Positions 11,824 to 22,555 of a stretch of 64,000 bases of DNA are shown here, in pieces (positions within the stretch are counted from its first letter, which is position 1; each line of letters starts with the position of its first letter). The position numbers were made by a program, and so were the translations under genes. The notes under the pieces are model-generated. The model searched no databases. It saw only the letters and a list, made by a program, of their open reading frames with translations, and was not told the DNA's origin. This DNA comes from Botryllus schlosseri (lineage: Eukaryota), in the NCBI GenBank assembly GCA_051294905.1, contig CM119374.1, forward strand, positions 18,290,001-18,354,000, given 5' to 3'.

Positions 11824-14018
11824 TATAGAGACTGTAGGATGGAGTGACGACTGATTTAAATGCCTAATTAATATTCATCCGCTACATATTTTGTTTGCAT
11901 GGTTTTGCAGCAATTATCTTGTAAAAATGAATATTTATGGTATTATTGCCCATATTACTATAAATATTTTATATTATACTGGTATTAGTGCATTGATATA
12001 CCGAAATATCTATATAAGTTGAACTACTCTATTTACACTGCGCGCAATAATATTTTCAACTCCCTTTAGATCGGTCACGCTCCGCTTTGCGTAGGGAGCT
12101 ACCCATTGTTACGTGTACCACTATTAATCCCACATGGAATTCAGACGGTGGAAAGTTGAGTTTTTGTTGGATTAATGCATGGTTGTCGATGGTAATGGGT
12201 CGGAGTATTGGAGGTTGAATACTTATAACGGACTCTGTGACTAATTGGACGTCCTAATATGTTTGGCCTGATTAGTGAATATCTTGGATACTTGCGTGAC
12301 GGTCTTGCGTTTGTTGCCGTACGAAGCGATGAATATGCCGGTATATCGCTGCGCAATGCGCACGGTCGGTGAATACCAGCGATGATTTATGATATAATAG
12401 CTATTATAGTGGCGTATTATATGATGATAGAAGATAACAATAAAAGGGCAGGCGATGAAAATGAAACGGCAAAACGGAAATAAAATTCTGAGTATTATGC
12501 TTTCACAGAAATTTTGATTCCTTTATAACCGATACTTTTTCGTAAAAGTTATGGCCGAAGAATCATTGTGGGAGGATTGGGAATCCATCACCGAGGAGGA
12601 AATTTCCCAATGCTTCGAAGGATTGGATGAGTGGAGTGGAATAAGTTGTGACGACTGTGAAGCCATATTTCCCACTGTAAGGGAACTCTTTGCTCGTGAA
12701 GATTGTTGATGCACTTGTTCAAGCTGAGGAAAAAGTTTCCACTGCAAGAATGTCTGGTATCAATAGCAGGGAATGGTATATTGTGCAATTCTGTTGAATG
12801 TGTGGTGTTAATAATGAAATTTAAAAGCATACCAATCAATATTCTAGTTCCGTGTGCCGGCCTACTGTATGAATAAATATATCAATTGGAATCGTTTGGT
12901 GCATTGGTTTCTTGATCTGAGTGAGAGATACCCCGCATACCTTTATGATTGTGCTACATCTTTCAGGCAAATTTAGCTTAGGCAGAGCTCCCACTTTGAG
13001 TTGCTTTCTGGTTTTGAGCTGAATGATATCGCTCTCCTCAAAATGATTTTCGCATATTGCGGCTCTATTATAAATTACACAGTTAATTCTGTTGAAGTTG
13101 AGACAGCTGCTTTACTTACGTCTCCTTATGGAGCAACGTCTTGATACGATCTCCTTTTGAGGGGTCCCTGATGGAAAGAAGGAGGCTGGCCATTGCTGCG
13201 TCCTGCTTCTGGGCCGCTTCATTCCTTAATAGCTCTGGTCTTCGTACCGTGAATAAGGATCTCTTACAAGATTGGTCACTACGCGGATTGTTCACATAGG
13301 TACATCCAGGGATGGCGCAGTTGTTGACCATAATTGCCGTGGCGGTTCTATTATTTTTACTGCTAAAGACGCGAAATGTGCAACGGGATATAAGACAATG
13401 CGATTTAGCCTAGTGAACAGAAAAGAAGATGTCAAAACGAACAAGTACAGTCTTCCAATGTAACATAGGCCTAATGCCCGATGAAACAGTGTACGATATT
13501 GATCTTTTGGATGTATTGATAATCTATTCGTCGCTATTTTTCATCCACTATCCGTGTAGGCTATTCGTTTTTTTCATCGGTTGCTTATCCACAGAAAATA
13601 GTTTGGTATCGGTATCAGCGGCTTTCAACGGCCACTCAATTATTACCGCATAAAGCCTTATCAATTATAGCATTGTCTACGAGTTTACGGGATTCGGCCG
13701 CAGAGAACTTTATCACTGAATAAGGCATTGCGGGAAATTGATTTTAAACGTGTTCTGGGTGGGGGACAGTTGTGAAATTTTTTTAGTGAGAACATATTGA
13801 TGCTTCCTCGTAACATGCAAAATTTGAACCGTCTAGCCAGAATATTTCCACCCTTTTTCGGCACTCAAATTCGTCCATGCATTTCCGAAATCGCATATAC
13901 TTTTACATGTAAAATAGGACAATCGGACTTTCGCAAATGGAATTTTACTACGCAAAGTCAAGCGTGACGGTTCTAAACTTAGAACAATGGGTCGTCGCTC
14001 CATCCTACAGTCTCTATA
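11824..14018 (-). mobile_element. Non-autonomous P-superfamily-like DNA transposon carrying the THAP gene
   Basis: 28-bp TIRs (TATAGAGACTGTAGGATGGAGTGACGAC and the reverse complement of TATAGAGACTGTAGGATGGAGCGACGAC, 1 mismatch). Perfect 8-bp TSD ATGGAAAC at 11816-11823 and 14019-14026. THAP plus 8-bp TSD is characteristic of P elements. Confidence 0.82.
12523..13331 (-). CDS. THAP zinc-finger protein, 3 exons, about 184 aa, no transposase catalytic domain
   Basis: Exons 13331-13120, 13064-12941 and 12741-12523 join in frame via GT-AG introns (55 and 199 nt). Translation MVNNCAIPGC...SLFTVRRP...AAICENHFEESDII...LKVGALPKLNLP gives the C-x4-C...C-x2-H-F and AVP-like (ALP) THAP signature. Exon 3 is Ser-rich and less certain. 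Confidence 0.8.
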
Positions 14019-14199
14019 ATGGAAACGAAGTAAATCACAGGCTCGCGTTTGATTTCTGAACAATGGCTTTTTATTGGGGCGTTCCTATCTTGCAACCATC
14101 AGGCCTGTAAGTACGGAACCTCGATCCGGAACCGCGGGCGAGAGTAAGACTTCGACGGCCTTGCTACATATGATCGTTCACTCACGACCTCGTGTATTA

Positions 14200-14595
14200 T
14201 TGACAAGTTATTTGTGAATTCACTTTGATAAAATAAAAGAAAGTTCTCACCAGAGGGATCTGGTATATCGCAGGCGGCCGTCTATATTTATGAGTCAGGT
14301 CATTTGTGAATCCACTTTGACAAAACGAATCAAAGTTCACGCAGCTGAACCTCGATATTTATGAGTCAAGTTATTTGTGAATTCACTTTGATGAAATGAG
14401 CCAAAGTTCACGCCCGAGCGATCTGGTATATCGCAGGCGACCCTCGATATTTATGAGTCAAGTATTTTGTGAATCAACCCTGACAAAAGGAATCAAAGTT
14501 CACGCAAGAGCGATCTGTATATTGCAGGTGACCCTCGATATTTATTAGTCGTGTTATTCGTGAATTCACTTTGAAAAACACGAATCAAAGTCCAC
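14200..14595. repeat. Tandem minisatellite, about 91-bp unit, about 4.5 copies
   Basis: TTATTTGTGAATTCACTTTGA-like unit starts at about 14208, 14300, 14371, 14462 and 14554 (spacings 92, 71, 91, 92). Confidence 0.85.
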
Positions 14596-15358
14596 AAACG
14601 CATAATCACGATAGCACTCAGCTCACTTATGTCAAAAGTAATGGAATGAATGAATCGTTCATATATGCCAGTATTTGCCATTTGTTTCTGTTTATGTATA
14701 TTTTTGATTAAAACAAATTGTGCTCGTTGACATTGCCGAATCTGGGTATTTAGGTGTGACTAGCGTATCCTGCAATTGTAATTATTACAGGTTTGCGGCA
14801 TGTCTGCAATTTCGTTATCAGCGCAACCATGCCGGCCGATTGTACAGTCCGATAAAATTGACCACTATATGTATTTCGCACAGCGTACTGATGCTGATTT
14901 CAGTAAACGAACGATCCTGTACAAAATCGACCTCATCGTTAAAAACGTGGATTTCATCGCGCGCTATGAGAAACACCATCTCCAATCGCGATTCGACGAC
15001 CAAATACACGTCTACCTTCTACAAATTATAGTGCATTATTTGCATCGATGAGGGCTGCAAGGCGCGTTTAAAATATTTTGTGAACCATTTTTGTGATAAA
15101 TATTCTCGGAGCGCAAAGTTGAACATGAACAGTGTTTTATTGTGTATGCCTGCTAGTTGGAATTTATTCCAGTGCCCATAATATTAATCCAATTATGCTT
15201 TGCTAACGTAAATCGTGAAATGCAGCAATATAGTCAGAATCGATGTTTTAATCAGCAACCAATTGTCGCGATGCGAGCTACTCTATACTAAGTAAAAACC
15301 CATTGTGTTGGCGGTAAGAGATAATTACTGATTGGCCGCGCGCGTCTGTAATCATAAT

Positions 15359-15779
15359 TAGAGCCCGACCGATTATCGGTTCGCCGATAATATCGAGTCG
15401 ATATTAGACCACGAAAGAATTATCGGTATCGGCCATTGAAGGTGAACAAATATCGGCAATTTTCGTGACGTCACAACATGATAGTATCAAGTCAGAAAAC
15501 TATAATTCTTGACCGCTAGATTTAGAATGTTGCTATATTTCATATATCTTACGCTTTCAAGGTGTGCAGATGCAGCCTTTTTAGTTTATTTCATGTTCAA
15601 GTATATGACAATGGCTGTAAAGTTAATAAAAGAAATGCTCTGAAGTTTTGAAAATGCGCATTTTGAGGTAGATTCCACCTTATTTAAATATCGGCTGAAT
15701 ATATCGGTGTTATCGGTGAAGGTGTTAGATATCGGTTTTATCGGTATCGGCCCAAAAATCCAATATCGGTCGGGATCTA
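15359..15779. mobile_element. hAT MITE with ATATCGG subterminal repeats
   Basis: Ends TAGAGCCCGACCGAT and ATCGGTCGGGATCTA; TSD ATCATAAT at 15351-15358 and 15780-15787. Confidence 0.8.
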
Positions 15780-16812
15780 ATCATAATTCTTGTCTGTCTT
15801 TCCTGTTCCAGAATCGTTGCGTGTTACTGCTCAGTCCAGCGACGAATGCCGAGCGCGCGGCAATCAACGACCTAATTCCGCAATCATCTCAGCGGGAGAT
15901 CGCGTCGCGTTGCATTGTGCCATGCGATATTCGAGCATATACCAATCTCGCTAATTGGCCACGGCACCACGTAACACTGATAATACGACTTGTTGAATTG
16001 CAACTGAATATTAGCGGCAGAATGGTCATTTCAAATGGACCTGGTTTTGCGTTTCAAAACGAGGGGGTTTCGACACCACCCTGGCTACGCGCCTACCGCC
16101 ACCCCATGCAAAATATAAGTCGGCGCCTATCTCTACATAAGCCCATGTCACAATCAAATTATCTCCCTGCTTTTCCCCGACACCTCCCACAGTCCCGATA
16201 GTGACTATAGTTCATTCTAGATTAGGTAATTTTGCCAATGTAGCATCATTTCATGTCCACAAGCCTCATCTACTATTGATATCTCAGAATATTTTAACAA
16301 CTTTTCATGATAATTTTGACTTTCCGCTCCCATCTCTCGAGCACGAAGTTTTGCATCTATAACTCTACGTTACCATGTTTGATTCTAGCTAGCATAGGGT
16401 TACCATATTTTTGTGGACCAAATTCCGGACACTCTGTAGCACCCACTAGCGGATTTTAAAATGAGGTATGACACATTGTCTGTCAATATGACGTCACAAT
16501 AGCAAAGCTGTGTCTATCGATCAGAGGTGGTCACGATCCGGATCAAGAGCCGCTATAATTTTATGTCGGTGCATTTATGTGGTTGTGTGTTGTAACCAGG
16601 AGCGAAGCAAGATACTGATCTTGAGCCCCCATAGGGTAATTGATGCAACTTCTGGGGGGCTTACTTTATACATCTGGTTTCTATATACATCTGGTCATTA
16701 AATTTCGTGAATGAAATCTGTCTATAATACTGGTTCTTCCGTGTATTACTATAAAATTTTGATTCTCTCACCGCCCACATGATCATATTTAGCGGGAGAG
16801 CTGGTGGAGGAT

Positions 16813-17331
16813 TAGGGCTGGGCACAATGATTCGAGTACTCGAATCTGAATCGAGTATTAATTTTAATGATTCGAGTCGAGTAGTAAAAGACGATTTTTT
16901 CGAGTACTGAAATTATACTCTTCTCGCCACTGAAAGTCAATTTATCAACGGGAATTATAGTTTCGATACTAGTTTTCACTGACGAAGCCTTGAAACCTTG
17001 ATTGACCGTACCGTATAGTATACGAAACATATAGTACAAAGTTACGAACGTTACTAGAAATAACACATTTCCGAAGTCATGATCCTCCCACAACATTGTC
17101 ACCAAGAACAATGAAATCGGCATGGTCGAAATAATACCAAAGTATCTTTAATGTGATGGATAACAGGAATAATAGTCTTTGTGGTCGCATAAAAGGTACA
17201 TATTTGAACTTTGACATATTACATTCTGTTGTGACGTCATAATGCGTGATACTCGATTACTCGACTCGACTCGAAGCATTTTACGTGATTCAGAATCGAA
17301 TCAATCCGGTACTCGATTTTGCCCAGCCCTA
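16813..17331. mobile_element. hAT MITE (TAGGGCTGGG termini, ACTCGA repeats)
   Basis: TIR TAGGGCTGGGCA at both ends; TSD TGGAGGAT at 16805-16812 and 17332-17339. Confidence 0.8.
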
Positions 17332-18856
17332 TGGAGGATGATGACTTCGAAAATGCAAGGAACGGAATTATACAGAGTAAAGTCATGCCATGTCACACGG
17401 ATAAAACTATGAGCCTAAATGCCGCTCCGCTCCAGCAGGTTGCACACCCGGGGGTTTTCAACCTTTTATGGTCGCGACTTCATTTCTAATTTGAAAATGT
17501 TCTGTGGCCCAGCTCATTACTGAAAAACGGTCAGCACACCTGCTCATCTTCGCGAACCCCAGAATAATGGCAAATGACTCCCAGGTTTGGAGCCACTATC
17601 TTTGACTAAAGCATCTAAACGACCTTAACCGACTCTAGGAATACACCGTTCTCCTATAATTGCGATTACAATTAGACTTAATTCAGTAAATGATGGATTA
17701 TTTATTTACTTATTTGCGATTGCATGTTTTGCAAGGGCGGTGGTTCACATACTAGAATGAATGAATGTGAAACAAAATCGCGCCCAGCGCGAAGAAAAAT
17801 TTCAAGTGGCAGAAATCTGCCCAAAAATAATATCCTTTTTGTTGATTTACGAAAAAAAAAATTATCATATTTCAAGCCTTCAAAATTCCGGACATTTAGG
17901 CATATTTTAGAAATTCCTCCCGGACGCTGTCCGAACATCAACTCTACTACAAAGTACAAGAAGTGACAACAAATTGTTTAGTAATGAAAAATACAAAGCT
18001 TCGCAATATGAATGCAAAATGCTGCTATTGCCTCAAAGCAAGAATAAATAATTGATCGAATAGTTTGAAATACTGAACAGTGCGACGGCATAATAAAAAG
18101 ACACAATTATTATATATAGTACAAATCTCATTCACGCGTAGACTAACAATACATATACTGTAGAACAGGGGTCGCCAACTCAAAACGGGTCGCGGGCCAC
18201 TTTTCAAATTCCGTAGAGGCCGCGGGCCGCATGAATTCAGTATCGAGATGATATTGGCCACACAGGGATATCTAGTACTCTGGAGTTCTAGATATCCCTG
18301 AGGCCACAGTTTCACAACCTCGTTTTAAAAACTTTACATAGGTAGAACTCTATGCTCTCTAACATGGGCGATGGACATGGTTACTACAAAAAATAATAAT
18401 ATTTTATTGAAGAAATACAAATGCAACAAAAATATCATGATCCTCATTCATTCTATTTTGAACTATGAGCTGCACACGATACCTGGCAGCACTTTTCAGC
18501 GACTAAAGAATTGATATTAGGGTTAGCTAGACACGGTATTTTCTGCAAAACTATCTCATCGTAAACTTTGATCTCGTGGGAAATCCTAACGTAGTTTGCT
18601 AAGCGTCTCGGTCTTGGCAGTGTCTGGGACATTTTACATCAAGGCAATATGCCCATGTCCATTCATATCAGCTAATTCTTCCTCCATGGAATGCTATTAC
18701 CATCGCTGAAGCCATATCAGATAGTGAGTAATAGTGACGTTGGGCACAGGAGTCTAGCATATCTTGAACAAGAACAACAATATTTTTAATGTTTGAAGAG
18801 CTTCTTGGAGGTACAGAACTTCAATATACAATTGAATAGTATATTCATATTGAAAT

Positions 18857-18902
18857 AAACCCGAATATTTTCGGCTGACACTCGTCAGGGGTAATAGTCA
18901 GC
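18857..18902 (-). ncRNA. Minimal type I hammerhead ribozyme motif in inverted PLE repeat
   Basis: Minus strand GCTGACTATTACCC-CTGACGA-G-TGTCAGC-C-GAAA-ATAT-TC-GGGTTT; core intact. Activity is untested. Confidence 0.72.
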
Positions 18903-19372
18903 AGCTAGTAAGGAATTTGAATGAACGTTATATATCAACAATCGTATCACAAAATATGACGTCACCAGCAGGAAATTTCGAATGAGAGAGCGTTCAAATG
19001 TACTATGGCATCGGTAAATATCTGTTAGATAATCCGATTTGTGCGAATACTTATCGAGGCGACAGATTTCGCGTCGTTGGGAAGGGCCGTTCACACTTCC
19101 ATTTGTGTGCCTTGGAGTCGACTTTGATCAAAATACACCAACCCAAACTCTGTCAACAAAAGGAGTTCGTGCACCACCTGAAAAGAGTACATCATCATCA
19201 TCATCATTGGTTTATTAGCAATTTTATCAGCTCAATACACCACAAATTCGATACAATGAAAAGATAGGAAGGTGTCGAACGCTCTCTCATTTGAAATTTC
19301 ATGCTGGTGACGTCATATTTTTTGATACGATTGCCGTTGATATACAATGTTCTTTCCAATTCTTTACTAGTT

Positions 19373-19418
19373 GCTGACGATTCCCCCTGACGAGTGTCAG
19401 CCGAAAATATTCGGGTTT
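19373..19418 (+). ncRNA. Minimal type I hammerhead ribozyme motif in PLE repeat
   Basis: CTGACGA-G-TGTCAGC-C-GAAA-ATAT-TC, with GGG pairing to upstream CCC (stem I). The predicted cleavage site is after C19412. Activity is untested. Confidence 0.72.
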
Positions 19419-22129
19419 ATTTCAATATGAATATACTATTCAATTGAATATTTTTAATCAACAATCAATTTCTGCATTTCAAAATGCTTTCCTAAACGTT
19501 CTTCGTAAATCTGAAATAATGTCGCGGGCCGCAAAACATGACTTGTGGGCCGCATGCTGCCTGCGGGCCGCGTGTGTTGGTGATCCTTGCTGTAGAATAC
19601 ATTGACACAGTGCATTGTCTGTGGAATTGAAATTTTAAAAGGAAGGACGTTTAAAATTGGTGAGAAGGCATGCTATTACAGACCACAACTAATTTACAGC
19701 ATGGCCTATACTGTTTTTAGTAGGCAATGTTTACAGTAACGAAAAGAGGATGACTGTATACAGCTGATTTCTCAAACTAGTCAAATAATTCGTTCATAGG
19801 GTACTCCCAGCATAGCAATTTTCTGCGTCAGATGAGCTTGCCATTAGGAAGACCGTCCTTCGGTGGTCACACGTGGCATGGTGGTCAATATTTCGGTCGG
19901 ACGAACGCTTTTCTGTAATGCATCTTGTCAGTTATCACAGATGATGAGTAACCAAGTTAGAAAGATAGAATAAATCCGCATTTCTTTCCTTTGCTTTGGA
20001 TAACTTTTCCAAGAGGCAAGTCTTCTTCGAAATAAGTGTGATATGTAATAATAGCTCTTTTAGCAGTAAGATCTGTTCACTGCTGCTTGGACTAGGCATT
20101 GCTTCTGAAGTATGATGTTGACTGCAAATACAGTCTAACGCAGGGGTCACCAACACGCGGCCCGCGAGGTCATATTTTGCGGCCCGCGGCTTGAAAAACG
20201 CTCCGTAAACCATTTCAAAATGCCGAAATTGATTTCAGTTTAAACATATTGTTGTTGTTGTTCAAAGTAAGCCATTTTACTGTGCCCAATATCACTATAC
20301 CTTCGGTTCGGCATGGTAATATCATTCTGGAGGAATAATTTGCTGATATGAATGGGCATATATTGCTTTAGCGTGCAATGGCCCACCACTGCCAATTAGA
20401 CCGGGAGGCTTGATATTAAACGACTTCGGGCTCACCAAGAGACCATGCTTTACGAGGCGATAGTTTTCCAGCAAATAGGCTACCGTGTCCATCTATAACC
20501 AACCCCAATATCGATTCTTTCATCCTGGGACGGCAAATCTGCGGCAGTAGAACAAAAATTATGCGGCCGTCGACACTCAATTCAATCAGGATGTGTTGGC
20601 GGCTGTCAATATTATGCAAATTGAATTTACGAATTGACTCCCTAATTAATGAAATGTTTAAATTATTCTTGAAATTTTCTTCGCGCTATGCGCGTTTAAA
20701 TACGACTTGATTTTGGATTTTATTACAGCAGTGTGTCCTTTGTAATCTGAGCCCCACAGTACAGATGCGAACAGCAGAGAAAAATGATGCGCCCCATAAA
20801 GAAATACCAATTTTTAATCGCGTTGTCCTCATCCCGAATTTATTTTATTTTATAGTTGGCCTGCGTTTGGGTGAATCCAATATATTTCCACTATAACGAC
20901 AATTCTAATGGGATATCAAGAAATAACTGCATGCAACATAGGGGACTAATGAGAATTGGCCCTCCCAAAGATGCACCACATCATTAACTTCTCTAAGTTT
21001 GTGAAGACACTCCCTGCATAAACTCTACCGGTGAATCTGATCACATGGGCCGAGAAAGGATGAATATTTGATAGTAATATGTGAAACTATACTAATATTT
21101 AATGACGAAATTAATTCCCTTATGAAGATGAAAAATTTTTCGCGCTTTGCGCGACTACAGTACGGATCCCTGTCGCTATTCACGACTATATTCATGACTA
21201 TATTCACGATCTCGGTGCCCATAGTAGGCCGTTATGAGTAAATAGATTTGTCCGGACTGTACCAGCAATGGACATGGTGAATTTAACGTGGATGTTTGGC
21301 CCCAGTTTGTTCATTACCACTATATGCACCGGAATGCGACCGCGGGCTACAGGATTAATCAAAATGCGGCCGTTAATGGCAGAAAGGTTGGCCAACCGTG
21401 TTTTAGTTGCTACAGAGTGTTGTCAGGTATCGTGCGCGGCTCATAGTAGAAAATATAATGACATTGATGAGCATGATATTTTTTGTTGTATTTGTGTTTG
21501 TTCAATAAAATGTTATTCATTTTGTGGTGGCTATGCCCATCGCCCATGTAAGAGAGCAGTGGCGTAGCAGGCACTTGGCGGTTATGGCTCTGCGCCAGGG
21601 GCGGCAGCTGGCTCCAAGGGGGCGGCAAAATGAGGCTACACAGTGTACACAGCCGGCTAAAAGCAGCGTAATTGGTAGTCCTATAGCTGGCATCCCGTGA
21701 GCTAAAATTTAATCAAACTGGTCTCAATCAAAAGCTAGTGTCGCACTGATTCCGAAAACACGAATTAATATCTTAATATGGCAATAGAACCACTCCAAAA
21801 TAGCCGTCAAGGCCGATTGTTCCTAACAATCGGAGCGCCGGAATCAGGTCAACAATAGCTTTCGATTAAGATCAGTATTGTTAAATTTGAGCGCTCGGAG
21901 GGCCTGGCCAACTATATGATGACCAATGACCATGACCATTGACCAATTATGCTGCTATTAGCTGGCTCAGCTGCAGGCCTGTCTGGGTATTCAAGTGTGA
22001 CAACTAAACTTGAAGCTCAAACTAGGTTTACCGGCATAGCCTACACCACTTAATGATGTTTGGATTTTTTAATCCCCACGCGCTGCTGCAAAGCGAAAGT
22101 CACAATTTATTCACCAGCGCTTTTAATAG

Positions 22130-22493
22130 CACCTATGACGACGAGGTGAACTTTTTGGAGTTAGCTGTGGAAATTGACGGATTTTAGAGGCTGGTATGGA
22201 GCAGTGGTTAGTTAATGCAAAGCTGCTTGATTCGACACCATATTTATGCTCGTGCCTGAAACTTTATCTGACCATTGGTGTTTCAATTGCAAGCTGTGAG
22301 AGGAGCTTCTCAAAGTTCAGACTGATTAAGTCTTATTTACGTTCTACCATGAATGATGATCGGCTATCAGCTCTATCCATTCTGTCTATAGAAAGTGACT
22401 TTATACGTTCAAAATAGAATTGAAGATAACCTTGAATTCGAGGTTATTATCGCTGATTTTGCTTCAGTGAAAGCACGAAAAGTTAAGCTTTGA
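22130..22493 (+). pseudogene. hAT transposase C-terminal dimerisation-domain fragment (ZMYM1-like type)
   Basis: LKLYLTIGVSIASCERSFSKFRLIKSYLRSTMNDDRLSALSILSIE, then after a break DFASVKARKVKL*; the frame is interrupted. Confidence 0.85.
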
Positions 22494-22555
22494 GGCGGCC
22501 ATTGATTTCTATTTGCACAATACATTCGTTCGCTATTTCTTGTCCGTCTTATTTT

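Larger units (their letters stand above)
10864..14030. mobile_element. MITE-like element (about 970 bp without its insert) whose right TIR is split by the P-like element
   Basis: Left end CTTCGTTTCCATGCTCGGCCGA at 10864. Removing the insert and one TSD copy restores the inverted copy TCGGCCGAGCATGGAAACGAAG ending at 14030. TA flanks both ends. Confidence 0.7.
18795..19450 (+). mobile_element. Penelope-like element 3' fragment (GIY-YIG endonuclease C-terminus) with inverted terminal repeat
   Basis: ORF fragment IGKYLLDNPICANTYRGDRFRVVGKGRSHFHLCALESTLIKIHQPKLCQQKEFVHHLK matches the PLE endonuclease C-terminus as I recall it. The repeat at 18797-18990 is inverted relative to 19278-19450. A LINE tail interrupts at 19187-19278. 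Confidence 0.8.
18166..19589. mobile_element. Buster/Charlie-like hAT MITE (same family as 20141, opposite orientation) containing the PLE/LINE insert
   Basis: Ends CAGGGGTCGCCAAC and GTTGGTGATCCTTG; TSD CTGTAGAA at 18158-18165 and 19590-19597. Confidence 0.8.

Noticed and set aside
15707-16201. 164-aa ORF
   Set aside because: It starts inside a hAT MITE, crosses other repeat ends and shows no recognisable domain.
19187-19207. Poly-His tract in the PLE ORF
   Set aside because: It is the reverse complement of a LINE (TGA)n tail, not coding sequence.
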